DNA of 64,000 bases from Octopus vulgaris (lineage: Eukaryota). The notes under the pieces were generated by a model, which searched no databases, had not been told where the DNA came from, and was given only the letters and a program-made list of their open reading frames with translations. The stretch covers positions 204,414,001 through 204,478,000 of the forward strand of contig OX597814.1 of NCBI GenBank assembly GCA_951406725.2. Direction: 5' to 3'. The number at the start of each line of letters is the position of its first letter. Position 1 is the stretch's first letter. The translations under genes were made by a program, and so were the position numbers. Positions 23,041-35,935 of the stretch are shown here, in pieces.

Positions 23041-23048
23041 CTGGCAAG

Positions 23049-24185
23049 AGGGGAAAAAACTAGAGTAATTGATAGCTTCCATTACCTAGGTGACCAAGTC
23101 AGTAGCTGGGGTGGATGCTCTGAGAGTGTAGCTGCTAGAATAAGAATAGCCTGGGCAAAGTTCAGAGAGTTCCTATCTCTGCTGGTGACAAAGGTCCTCT
23201 TGCTGAGTAAAAGGTAGACTGTATGATGCATGTGTACAAAGAGCCATGCTACATGGCAGTGAAACATGGGCTGTGACTGCTGAGGACATGTGTAAGCTTG
23301 CAAGGAATGAAGCCAGTATGCGCCGCAGGATGTGTAATGTCAGTGTGCATACACGACAGAGTGTAAGCACCCTGAGAGAAAAGTTGAACATAAGAAGCAT
23401 CAGATGTAGTATGCAAGAGAGATGACTGTGTTGGTATGGCCATATGTTGCATATGGATGAGGACAGCTGTGTGAAAATGTGTCACACCCTAGCAGTAGAG
23501 GGAACCTGTGGAAGAGGTAGACCCAGGAAGACCTGGGATGAAGTAGTGAAGCATGACCTTCAATGTTGGGCCGCACGGAGGTGATGACAAGTGACCGAGA
23601 CCTTTGGAGATATGCTGTGCTTGAGAAGACCCAGCAAGCCAAGTGAGATTGTAACCATGGCCTGTGCCAGTGCAGCATAACTGGCCCATTAAAGAGTACC
23701 CTTCAATCATTGAGCAATAAACTTTGCTAGTGAAGACCTGTTGAGCCAAGTGAAGTCATTGTCATGGCCGATGCCAGTACCGCCTGATTAGCTCCCATAC
23801 CAGTGGCACGTAAAAAGCACCATTCAAGCATGATCAATGCCAGTACCACTTGACTGGCCCTCGTGCCGGCGGCACATAGAAAGCACCCACTGCACTCTCA
23901 GAGCTGTTGGCATTAGGAAGGCATCCCTGGCTTCCGTGCCGGTGGCACATAAAATACACCAATCCGACCGTGGCCGATGCCAGCCTCGCCTGGCACCTGT
24001 GCAGGTGGCACGTAAAAAGCACCCACTACACTCACGGAGTGGTTGGCGTTAGGAAGGGCATCCAGCTGTAGAAACACTGCCAGATAATACTGGAGCCTGG
24101 TGCAGCCTTCTGGCTTCCCAGATCCCCGGTCGAACCGTCCAACCCATGCTAGCATGGAGAACGGACGTTAAACGGTGATGATGAT

Positions 24186-24188
<3 letters not shown>
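23049..24188 (+). mobile_element. Older RTE LINE, right half (RT end + 3'UTR + (GAT)n tail)
   Basis: GEK...DSFHYLGDQ...GRPRKTWDE...EKTQQAK*, tandem units, conserved tail; collinear continuation of 17713-18423. Confidence 0.9.
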
Positions 24189-24221
<33 letters not shown>

Positions 24222-24244
24222 CATATACATGCATACATAGCCAT

Positions 24245-25990
24245 CAATATTTTTGTGTCATTGGTGTAACTTGCTACATTGGCTGAATGCACCTCTGAGC
24301 TTTTATACTGGATAAGGCAATAATGGTCCTAGTGTGTCCTGAGGTATACCACTCATTACAGGTGACTTTGCAGAGATAAAACTATTTGCTGTAACAGACT
24401 GATTCCTAGCTTGTAAGAAGTTGTTTTTGTCATTATATGTAATTATTCTTTTTTCGAACAATGTGTTTGACAATTTTAGATGTGTACAGGTATTACTATT
24501 GTGCTTTTCAGTAGTTCAAGGAATATGCTGGTTTCTAGTAATTTTTAAAATAGCATCTTTAATGGTCTCATGAGGCTGTTTTTGCACATTTTTAACAGTG
24601 TGGCTGGGAGACCATCTGGTCTGGATGGTGAATTGGAATCTAGTTCATTAATAACTGCCAGTATATTTCTAGACATGTCTCTGAAGCTGAATTTTGGGTT
24701 ATGTACTATTTTGTTAATGATTGGTTGGGAAAATGCACTGTTATATCGGTGGCTTGAGAGTCATATATTTTTGATGACACATTAGTAAATGATCCATTTT
24801 GGTCCATTAGAGAGCCAATCTGGTTATGTGTAGATGATTTTTGTTTAGCAAAGTGGGAAAAGAACTTTGGATTAGATTCTATATTCTTCACTGCTCAGTG
24901 TTCCTTTAGTGAAGTTTCTTTTCATAAGATATTTTTAGGTCCAGTTCAATGTTTTTTATTTTCTTATTTTTTGTTTCATAAACTCATCTGTTGAGGGGGT
25001 TTGCTTTTTAGCTGTTTTGTTAGTTTGGTTCTGTTACAGATTAATATCTATTTATCTCATGGAATCAAGTTCTTGCGGAAATAGGTGTGTTTATATGGGG
25101 AATGCTTTTGATAGATCTTGATTAACTCTTCATTGAGAAACTTGAGGTTGCCAATATGCTGAGACTAGTTTGTTTTGAGGATCTCAGTTTCAATTTTCTT
25201 CCACTCAGCTGTCCTGAAATTCAAGTTCATGAGGAGTGAGTTGTGTGTGTTGTCCTCTTCAAACCATATATAGATAATTGTATCATGTGGTTAGAAATAG
25301 TTGTTGAGATGATCTGAACATTGCATATGACACCTGTATTGGTGATAAAAACTAGGTTGACATTACTTGTGGACAGGTAATGATTTATTGCACGAGAAAA
25401 GCTTCAGTGGTGTCTAGAAGACAAGGAGAGCAATCATATCTCTCTTGTTTAGTTCCAGGTTGGATATAGTCCTCAGGCCAGTTGAGACCAGGAAAATCGA
25501 AGTTCCCTATTAAAAGTACGTTGGCCTGTGGGCTAGCATCACATAGGGGTTTGACTTATAACAAAGCATACCTGGAGTGATTTCCCTGGTTAACCGCATC
25601 AGGAGGATAGTAGGTAATGCCTACGATCATATCAAGGTCGATGACATGCATTATTAGTGTATGGCAGTGTGTTGGATTGGGAGAGGAGGACATCTGTGGC
25701 TAGGTCTTCACGGTTGAGGAGCGCTCCTCTTCCTTGTTTCAGTATTCTACGGTCAGTTGTGTGTAGTATATAAACTAAATAGTGTACTTCCGCATCCAAT
25801 ATACCTGGAAACAGGTGTGTCTCAGTAACAACGAAGAAAGCAATGTGATGAGGATGCTCGAGAAGCCAATTTTCAACGAGTTGAATTTTCCCTCTTTTTG
25901 CATTGCAGGATGGATTGATGCATTGTGCATCCAGCAAAACTGTTGGGGTTGGAATAATATCTCGATTACACTTTTTTAGGGGCCTCGAAA
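24245..25990 (-). mobile_element. Degenerate CR1/L2-group LINE ORF2 (APE + RT start)
   Basis: Minus-strand motifs VVTETHL, TDRR...GRGALL, LIGNFDFPG, NIESNPKFFSHFAKQK, SPSRPDGLPATLLK; many stops. Confidence 0.75.
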
Positions 25991-26737
25991 GAGACTCATG
26001 ACTTAATGACAGCGAGGAGGGTAATTTTTGCCCTGGGGTAGTGACAGAGAGTTGGTGGTGTGATATTTTTCTGAATCTCTTTTCTTAGGTTCTGCATGAA
26101 TAAAAAAGAATTTACCTGGTTAAGGAGTATTTGGTGGCTGAAGTGGTTATACTGACAGTTTTGTCGGTTGTTTATTTTGTTAAATGTGTGTGTGTGTAGG
26201 AATGTCAATATTATATATACATACACACACTCATATAAACATGCTCTCTATATAGTATATGGTGCCAATTCAATTTACGCAAATCTTTAAATACAATTTG
26301 GAGTTGCGCCTTTATAAAGAAATATTCTAAAAACTGAAAAAAAAAAGAGAGAGATAAAGGTTCTTTTACCTATCATTTTTATTCATCACGAAGATAAAAC
26401 ATTTTCTTGCTCCTATTCCAACTTCTGCTGTTTCATCTTATTCTGGAAAATCTGTCTATATCAACTATATATACTGTATATACAAGTACTCTATCCACAA
26501 ACACTATTTATTTGTGCGTATCATCTAAATTTGGTCCGATAGTTCTGGTGTTTTTTTTAACAATAAAATACCAACGATACATGTATTAATTGTTTAAATC
26601 AATAACAAAAACGTTGTGTGACATTTCAAAACGAGTGAATACTATTGAAGATCATTATTAGGGATCACTAAAAATGTCTGGAAGAAGAAAATAACATCAT
26701 TATATTGAACGATATATTCAACTGGAATATGTCTGTA

Positions 26738-26815
26738 TTTCGGAAGTAATTCTTAAAAATCCCGCAAAATATTTCGCGGGGTTACCAAGGTATTGGAGCA
26801 TGCGCAGAGCAACGC
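26738..26815 (+). promoter_or_regulatory. Putative CEP76 proximal promoter motif cluster
   Basis: CpG-enriched patch with ETS-like CGGAAGT (~26741), E2F-like TTTCGCGG (26772), X-box-like GTTACCAAGGTATT (26781) and NRF1-like GCATGCGCA (26798), 55-130 bp upstream of the ATG. Confidence 0.5.
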
Positions 26816-26867
26816 GGCCATTTTCGAAAGCACGTCCGACGAATTCAGTGATGGACATGTTGTAAAT

Positions 26868-26930
26868 ATGGATTTAAAATCAGACAAAGTAATTCAGTTG
26901 AAACAGAGGGTTCAAAATCATTTATCCCAG
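26868..26930 (+). CDS. CEP76: CEP76 exon 1 (gene spans 26868-47786; 12 exons, 1917 nt, 638 aa)
   Basis: MDLKSDKVIQLKQRVQNHLSQ|GTAAGG; resembles the CEP76 N-terminus 'EK..ELKQLIHQQLS'; phase 0. Confidence 0.8.
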
Positions 26931-27759
26931 GTAAGGATGGACATTGTAAGAAATGTTATGACGGTCGCTGTAACGGTATGTTTGCGGAGGAAGTTGTTAT
27001 GACACTAAGTTGTCATGTCAGCACATGTTACAAGCGGCTTTGTTTATCGAAATGTCTTTATTAATGAAATTGTTGTCAAATAAAAGACAATTCTTTATGA
27101 TATTGTCACCTTTCCCTATAAGAAACAATTTACATTTTAAATTTGATATACCTAAAGTTGATTTATTTATCCAAATATAATTATTATCTATATTTTGATC
27201 AAAAGTTTTGACCTTCCTCTGTAAAAACTGCAAATCGTTTCTATTTTACCCAAATGTTACAAAAATTAAAAGAAATTAAAATTAATTAAAGTGTGTCTAA
27301 TTAGACACATTTTAAGTTATCATCGTCGTGTCTATTTACCCCTTATTTTTAGTAATTAATGATCGAAGTTTAATATTTTTATTTGAAATTTGAATTGTAC
27401 CCTTTTTAACCTGTTTATTTCAGTTATAAAAAACACCTAAAAGTTTCAAATTGCAACGTTTTCTCTTTAATATTTTATCATAGAATTAATATTAATTATA
27501 ACACACACACACGGACACTCCAATATATATGCCTGACATTTTTACCGGAATTTATTAAATCGTTCCTAGTAATTTTGTAGATAACGGCGGCGATAGTAAC
27601 GAACGATTAGCTTTTGACAATTTTTTTAAATGTCAACAAATATCAATTAATCTGAAATTTATCGAAACAGTCAAAAGCCTAAATTTTGTGATAAAATTTC
27701 CTTAATGGTTTCTAGTTCCTAGAATTTGCTAAGGTGAACCAGGTCATCTGATATAAAAT

Positions 27760-28450
27760 ATCTTCACAGCACCGTTTTTCGCATCCCATTTATTTTCAGA
27801 ATGTTCTTCCGTTTCTGTCCCTAAGACCCATCATGTCTTTTATTTCAACCCGCTTCTTTCGTCATCCTTGAAATATCTCTCTATCTTTATAGTAAATGTT
27901 GAAGGTTCAACTATGTATAACACGTGCTCAATCTGATTGATTGAATTAATACGATTCTAGTACAAGAATTTCCCAGTTTTCATATCCGTTCATCACTGAA
28001 TTTGTATACATCTTGCACTCTCTCAAGAGTTGTACATTAACAAGCCTATTCCTCACACCTGGCTAACTAAATCGGATATCGATTTATTTCTTGGATGGCA
28101 GTGCCCGTGAAATCTGTGTGGTATAATGTGATCCTGCCTGAACTGCCTACAAGATGCCAGAATCATTCTTCAGCCACGGTAATGTAGTCTGCAGGAATAT
28201 GGTTGCATACTAATTTGATATCAGGAAGTGGCTGAGACACAAGTAGTTAATTAATCAGGATTATTTAACAGATCTATATTGGATTTTCTATTATGAAGCA
28301 TCCTCTCCTCTGAATATTTCTCTATTCAAAGCATTCCTACAACTGGTGATTTTTTTTGTGATGTGTAAATTGTTGATAAAGTAAAATTTCTAGCTAAGAT
28401 TCTTTCTGCTTCCTTGCTTTTAGTCTTTACTTATTTAGTAAGTTTTTTTT
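27760..28450 (-). mobile_element. Highly degenerate non-LTR RT C-terminal remnant
   Basis: Minus-strand fragment RFHGHCHPRNKSISDLV resembles LINE 'RFAGHC.R...ISDL'. Confidence 0.35.
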
Positions 28451-29019
28451 AAAATACAATAACTGCCATCGTTGCTACTTAACGTTTATAAGATCTTAGT
28501 GAACACAACTGTTTCATTTCATTTTTAACAGTGCTCCATTTATTTCACTGTTACCCTTGGCAGTGATATTAAGTTACTTACCATTCCTATTCCTTCATAC
28601 CCCCTGTCGGCCACTCCTTTAAGTAGCGCTATTGCAGATAAAGTCAACACATTAATTGCTCATCTTTTTTCCATCTGCTCAGACACACACAATCATTATG
28701 TTCACACAGTTGCCAACAAGTGTAAAACGTCCCATCCTTTCAACCCAACAATTCAAATGTTATATGAGAATATTTCTACCATTACTTTTAAACTGTACCC
28801 CAGAGCAAATTCTTCAGTCATTCTTTACAAGGGTCTATTGTAATCTAAGAAAATGTGCAACAGTGTCCTATTCCTTAGAAGAATAACCTCTCTGACCTTC
28901 CAATAATGACCCTCACTTCCTGCATGTCAAAAGTAATGGAAGCTGTTTAATATATATATATATATATATATAAACAGCTCCCATTTTGTACACACACACA
29001 CATACACGTATATACATAC

Positions 29020-29053
<34 letters not shown>

Positions 29054-29074
29054 GTATGTATGTATATACGTGTG

Positions 29075-29257
29075 TGTGTGGCACATAAAAAGCACCCACT
29101 ACACTCACGGAGTGGTTGGCGTTAGGAAGGGCATCCAGCTGTTGAAACACTGCCAGATCAGACTGGGCCTGGTGCAGCCTTCTGGCTTCCCAGACCCCAG
29201 TTGAACTGTCCAACCCATGCTAGCATGGAAAGCGGACGTTAAACAATAATGATGATG

Positions 29258-29258
<1 letters not shown>
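29075..29258 (+). mobile_element. RTE 3'-tail copy (representative; others at ~29455-29610, 36470-36630, 37270-37590, 42020-42330, 44095-44400 -, 50920-51300 -, 56945-57200 -, 60860-61250, 61590-61770, 61790-61965, 62860-63115)
   Basis: Conserved AAAAGCACCCACTACACTC..GGTTGGCGTTAGGAAGGGCATCCAGCTGT..CCATGCTAGCATGG..(GAT)n, usually next to (TA)n. Confidence 0.85.
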
Positions 29259-29288
<30 letters not shown>

Positions 29289-30518
29289 TGCATACAGATA
29301 GTAGGCGAGAGCTAGATATGCTCAGTATAGAAAACATGTAATAGTGCTGAAATGAATTTGAACTTCAAGTTCGAATTCTTCTTCCAGAACTAGGTCCATG
29401 GCATCAGGAGTGGCTATAAGAAAAATCCAAGACACACACATACATATACAAATATTAGTGGTTGGCATTAAGAAGGGCATCTAGCTGTAGAAACATTGCC
29501 AGATCAGATTGAAGCCTGGTGTGGCCTCCTGGCTTGCCAGTCCCCAGTCAAACCATCCAACCCATGCCAGCATGGAAAACGGACGTTTAATGATGATGAT
29601 GATGATGATAGCATAAAAAATACAGAATACTGAGAAGAGAATACATAATTTCTTAACTTGACAGCCGTTTCAGGAAGTTCGGGTTTATGTAATAGTCATA
29701 ATGTTGAAAATTTGCAAATGGAATATGCATAAAGTCTTAGGTATACAACCAGTAAATAGCCAGACAGAGATATTGCAATAAGTCCAGTTCCCTTCATCCT
29801 ATATATATAAACAAAATAACAAATTTCACCTCCTTTTTTATCCTGTTAAATATTCCTACATATGTTTCTGATTGCTGCTATATAGTTCTGTTGAATTCAA
29901 AATAATGGAGACCCGCTTTGCTAAATCATTATTCTCAAAATAATGGAGATCTACTATGCTAAATCTTTTCCCTTCCTCCCAGAAATTTACTCTTACATCA
30001 ACTCCATTGATCTCACCAGTCTCTTGAATATGAAATCCTTGTTAAATCATCAAGCTTATCATTGTTTTAATGTCCACTTTTCATGCTTGCATGGGTTGGA
30101 CAAAGTTCATTGAGGCAGATTTTCTACAGCTGGATGCCCTTCCTGTTGCCAAATGATGCTTATTTCCAAGTAAGGAAATATTTCCCCCTGGCCAAACGTG
30201 TCTTTTTGCAGATTATTGGAAACGAATGACAGTGATACTCATTTACAATTATCACATTGTTGAATAGATAGATAGAGAGAGAGAGACATAAACAGACAGA
30301 GGTCTTTTTTTCAGTTTCCATCTACTATAGCCTCAAGCTCTCGTAGAAGATACTTGTAAGGTGTTACACAGTGGAACTGAATTTGAAACCTCATGATTAG
30401 AAAGCAAATTCCCTGCACCCAATAAATATATAATTGTGGATTCCACAAATTTTTATTTTACACTGAAAATAATTCAGTCAATGCTGGTGAGCTTCTGATT
30501 TTCATTGTTGTTTTTCAG

Positions 30519-30720
30519 CCATCTGTTCAGAACAAGCTGAGATCCATCATCCCCAACTTAAAGTGCTCTGAAGGTAACAATGGTAAAATGTTAAATCCTG
30601 CTGATGTTATGAAACAGCTTAAAGAGAATGGAACTATTGACAGTTTGCTAAAAGATGTTAAAAATGGTGAAGGAGATGCACTTTCACTAAATCAATTAAA
30701 TCCTTGTGTGCTTACAGACG
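30519..30720 (+). CDS. CEP76: CEP76 exon 2
   Basis: TTTCAG|PSVQNKLRSII...DVMKQLKENGTIDSLLKDV...|GTGAGT; phase 0 to 1. Confidence 0.8.
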
Positions 30721-31587
30721 GTGAGTATTAAATTCTAATTCATGATTTTAATATAATTACCATTACCATCTTTATTTCCCTTCCAGCTATTCTCATCCAT
30801 CCTTGCATATTATGGGGTTGCCATGTATCTCTATAGCAAAACACCTATACTTTTACTTCTATCATACTTTAGCCTTCTGTACTTGGCATAAAGGTCAAGA
30901 GGGCCTTTTTTTATTTACTTTGTCTTGCAAGTTACTTGGTAGGTCTCATTTGTGCCAGTTTCACAAAAGAAAAGAGACATCCAGTACATACTATAAAGTG
31001 GTTGGCATTAGGAAGGACTTTTAACCATAGAAACCATGCCGTAGCTGATGTTGGGAACTGATAAAGCCCTGCAGCTTGTTGGATCCTGTCAAACTGTTCA
31101 CCCCATGCTATCATGGAAAGCGGACGTTAAATGATAATAATTTTAATGAAAATTAACATCAGAGGGAGAGAGATTTTGAAAGATATTCACTGTCCTCTTT
31201 ATATCAAAGAGGGTAAATTTCATTTAGGCATGTATGTGACAAAAAAAAATTAGATTCATGTCACTGACAAGTCCTGAGAAGGCTGAAACACATCTGACAT
31301 TCTCTTGAGCCATTGCTGGAATGTTTGCCTCAATCCAATAAATATTCTGTTTTTAACATGTCCATCAAGAGAAAAACCACAACATTATGCCTTTCAATTG
31401 TGTATATACATTAAGTATGATATATCAATGGCTATTTCAATCATTAACTTTCTTTAAATCTTTATCACAACAGTTAGCTTATGAGTATTACTGAAATCTT
31501 CCTTTTACAACACTCAACATTGAACCAAGAAAGAAACCATAACATGGTGGCTCAACCTGAAAGAAACAGCAATCAAACCTTCCTTAA

Positions 31588-31802
31588 CCTTTTAGCATTT
31601 AAACCAACCATATCTGGCCCAAAACGTTCTACTTGTTTTATGTTTAAACTGGCCAGATTTGGCCTCTCACACCTATCCAACTATGTCATTTAAAACAATC
31701 ATGTCATCAAAATCTCAAAGCTACAAGATGATGCATGATTAATTTGAAACAATGTGAATGAATATATATTGCATTTGATAGAGTAATCTGAATGTTAAAG
31801 GG
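31588..31802. mobile_element. piggyBac-type MITE family 2 (relative at ~62572-62760)
   Basis: TTAA|CCTTTTAGCATT ... AATGTTAAAGGG|TTGA; 215 bp. Confidence 0.65.
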
Positions 31803-33034
31803 TTGAACCACATTTTGCTGTGTAAAAAATAAGATATATTAAATGAATAGTCTAACATATGCTATCCCAAGGAAAAGAAAAAGCAAGATGGTCACAGCTG
31901 GAATGTCTTTTGTTAAAAGGCTGATTCAGAAACTCAACTAACAGAAACAATACTCATAAATCTACCCCACTTCTCTCACTAGACATTTAACTGAAATTAA
32001 TTTTCCTTCAATTGTTTTCTCAGACATATAAATCAAAAAAATATGGTTTGTCAACAGCTATTAAGATGAGCTGCTAACATAAGATTTGAAACAGCTGGAA
32101 GCATGTGAGCTTTCTGCTTTCTGTCAGGTTAAAACTACCAACAGACATTAACCAACACTTGTCCACCTCTGAAATAACTAAACATTACCCTTAACAATTT
32201 TCTGTCTTTTAGTTTTATATTACAAACGTTATTTGAGAAACTATGTTGTTAGCTTTCCACCAAACTGTGTTGCTGGCTATTGGCAGGTAGAAATTGTGCG
32301 GAAACCAGTTGTATATATATTCTTTTATTCTTTTACTCGTTTCAGCCATGCGGCTGTTTATACCAGAATGAGATGAAAACTGGTGTATTTTGTAACTTAC
32401 AAAAATTATGAAATAAGTACCAAAGTAGTGGGGCTGATGTAGTAATAGTATGGTGGGGTGAGTGCTGTAACAGCACTTCACTGAATCCACCATTTGTTGG
32501 GGATTTTCTACTCCTGGTAGATGACACCTTTGCACCACTCAGGCAACAACTCTCTAACCCATGGGTTTGTTTGGGTAGTTGTTGCTGGCAAGGGTTTTAG
32601 GAGGTAGGAGTGCAAATCCTACCTCACCCACTTTTATTTGCCTTCAGCATTACCATAAATTATAGAAATTGTGTTGCTATATATATATAATGAGAATTTA
32701 CAAAAAACAAAAGATGAAGACAGGTGTGTAAACAACAAACAGGTGTATTAGTTTAACGCTCAGGAAGTGAGAAAGTCTTTTACGTTTTGAGCCTATGCTC
32801 TTCGACAGAAAGGAACACAGAAATAAACAGGGAGAGAAAAAAGAATATGTATATGTGTATGTGTATATATATACATGCACATGCACACACACACAGTACA
32901 ATCTTACCTTCCCCGATTCCTGCTCTAATGACTAGTGATCAAGACCTTTGGAAATATGCTGTGCTTGAGAAGACCTGGCAAACCAAGTGAGACCATAACC
33001 CGTGGTGGTTATGCCAGAAGGGCTTTCTTCAGAT

Positions 33035-33900
33035 CTGACATATTTGAATAGGAGTGAGCAGAAACATTACTCTCTAAGATGGACCAGATAGCAAAGCCTG
33101 TGGGATTGATGTCTGAACTTGAGGGAGGCCATATTGTTTTGTCCCAAAAGCTGCTGAAATGATCTTGGCATCACCTCTGTATCAAATTGGATGTGTGGGC
33201 CAGAGCCCCATTTTGAGTGAAGATGTAACAGTGATCAAAGGTTTCTGTAACCCTCATTCAACGTTTCCACATAAACTTCATTGTTGACCATGACACAATC
33301 CTCAATGAAGATCAAGGGAGACTTGGACCTATAAGATGCAACTGTGGCCCACACCGTGAGCGAAGCTGGCTCCTGATTGTGTAAATGACTTCTGCTACCT
33401 TTGGGCAAGTCTCCTGCATTATGTTCATAAAGCCTGACCTCAATACTGAAGATCTTCTTGCTGGACCAGGTCAACACTTTCTTAATGGTGTGCTTCATCT
33501 CACCTAACATGGTTTTACCCCTGTCGAGCTGCTTCTTCTTGGAAGCTGCTGAAATTAATTACTGGGATTGTTTCCTGTATCAGTTAGCTTTAAGTCCTCG
33601 TTAAAAATCTTGTGCATTGACAATTTCAAAATATCAAGAACTTTTGCCGTTTTACTTGCACTCCTACGGGGATTTCAGTTAATTCACTACTTCACAACTT
33701 CAACAGTTTGTTTGGTATTAATTGATTGTTGAATTGGCTTGCTAGAGTCAGAAGCGGACTCCATGAATTATTTATAGGTATTGAACACTGTTTTATGACA
33801 CACATTCAACTGTTTGTTATGTCTTTGTTACTCACTCCAGCTGTTTCAAAGCAACAATCTGGTCATGTTTTACTTTCGATACCATGTTTGCTTACAAACA
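33035..33900 (-). mobile_element. Tc1/mariner (maT/DD37D-like) transposase remnant
   Basis: Minus strand: PASLTVWATV...KSPLIFIE...VNNEVY, FTQNGALAHTS, WPPSSSDINP.GFAIWSILE. Confidence 0.75.
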
Positions 33901-34320
33901 TGTTATAAACGAACGAAACAATAGACACATGAACAAAAGACATTCAAATCTTTATGCAAAGTGTAGATAATATTACCTGAACTGATATACTTTAGGAAAA
34001 GTTTTAAACATGGGTAAATCTGTTCACCAACTATTTGTATTGGAGCTTCTGGCATGAATGCCAAGCAGTACAGCATGTCGTTTCCGAATTTCTGGCAGAG
34101 TGAATTGCGTCATGGTGCTGTTTTTCTCACAGACAGTGCCCAACTGACCCTACTATACTATGTAGTCGACAAAATCAAAAACAAAAAATGTGCATGTGCG
34201 AAGTTGGAACCTGGTGTAGCCTTACAGCTTATCAGTTTTAGTCAAATTGTCCAACCCATGGAAAGCAGATACTAAATGATGATGTTATTAATAACTTGAT
34301 TATATATTTGTTTTTTTTAG

Positions 34321-34539
34321 CTCGAGTCGATATGACAACTCAGCAACTTATTCTCAAAATCCAAGGTGGTCGTGCTTTCCTTGACCATCTCAGACAGCCT
34401 CCTGGTCAGCCAGCCCAGTCGTATTTTCAACTTCACATTTTATTTCAAAACCAAAGATTCAACACACAACGTGTACCATGTACTTGTGATCCTGCTATAA
34501 CTGGAGAGTTCCATTTCAAGTTCAGTAAATCTACACAAG
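34321..34539 (+). CDS. CEP76: CEP76 exon 3 (C2 domain)
   Basis: LILKIQGGRAFLDHL...FQNQRFNTQRVPCTCDP; AG/GT; phase 1 to 1. Confidence 0.92.
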
Positions 34540-35767
34540 GTTAGTAGCAGCAGTTATGCACTTTTATATTATATAATAATTATAAATGCCCTGATGCAGT
34601 ACCAAGCAGTGGCTCTCATGGCTTCTAATCGTAACTGATTGGAAGTGTTATTATGTACATTGTTTTGCCTTGGTATAGAAGAGGGGCTACAGCAAATATT
34701 TTGCTCAGTACCACAGATTTGCTTGTCAGTTGTTTGACCGTAACCAGTTGAGTATGTCCCTTAGGCTGATATGTGCATCTCTGATCACAAGCTGGAATAG
34801 TGGGGAAGCCTCACAACCATGTGCTGAGAGGAATTCTTTGGGGTTTACATAATTCACTTTTGGAAACATGGGTGTTTCATTCAACATCTTTAAACAATCC
34901 TTATTCAAGGACTTTTTGAACGGGATGGGCTACTTGACCTGAAGAAAATTCTAACTGGGCTCCACCTGCAAGGTCACACGCTGTTTATTTTGATATAAGA
35001 TCTCAATGTCATGCACATATGGTTGTGATGCCTGTGCCTGGTGTACCCTTATCAGATAGGTATCATGGTGGGTACATTGGACTTCATATATTTTGCCCCA
35101 GTGTCACTTTGATGGCATGCACTGCTCTCTCACTCAACAATAATAATATAATAGTAATCAAGTATCCCCCCTCTCCCAAACTTTCAGGGCTTGTGCCTGA
35201 AATTTTTTGGAAGGAGATTAGGTGATTACATCATTCCCAGCACTTGACTTGTACTTCATTTATCGACTTCCAAAAGGATGAAAGGCAAAGTTGACCTTGG
35301 CAGAAATTGAACTCAGAACGCAAATTTTGAAGAAATGCTGCTAAGCATTTTTTTTTGGTATGGTAATGACTCTGCTAGCTCATCAGGTAGTTTGAAGGTG
35401 ACAGGAAGTACAGCAACAGGAACAGGCAAAGGATGTTGCTGGAATTTCTGTGGCACAGAGGGTGATGGCCATTGCTTTGTAGAATCCAAAGGCACCTACA
35501 AGATTTGTGCCTTCCTTTGTGTGGCAAGTAATCTTATTTAGGTGTAACACTGCTTCTCCAATATTGGAAGCAGAAAAATAATAATAATATTAAAAAAATG
35601 ATTTCTAATTTTGGTACAAGGTCAACTGTTTTTGAGGGGATGCGGAAGTTGATTGCATTGACCTCAGTACAAATATCCAGTTTGATTGTTTTTTTAATGT
35701 GTTTCTTAATTATTAAATCATATTTACTCTTTTTTTCTAATGACTGATATTTATTTTTTTTTTTCAG

Positions 35768-35935
35768 CTCTTACAAATGTTGCTGATTTATTAACAATAT
35801 CAGATAAAATCAATATTGTTTTAATACGAACTAATAATTTGGGTGAGAACTTCTTGGTTGCTTCCCATATGTATGACTGGCGGCCTGTTCTGTCTAAGGG
35901 AGAAATGACTGCCTCCATTGATTTAATAGGAACAG
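35768..35935 (+). CDS. CEP76: CEP76 exon 4
   Basis: LLTISDKINIVLIRTN..GENFLVASHMYDWRPVL; AG/GT; phase 1 to 1. Confidence 0.92.
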
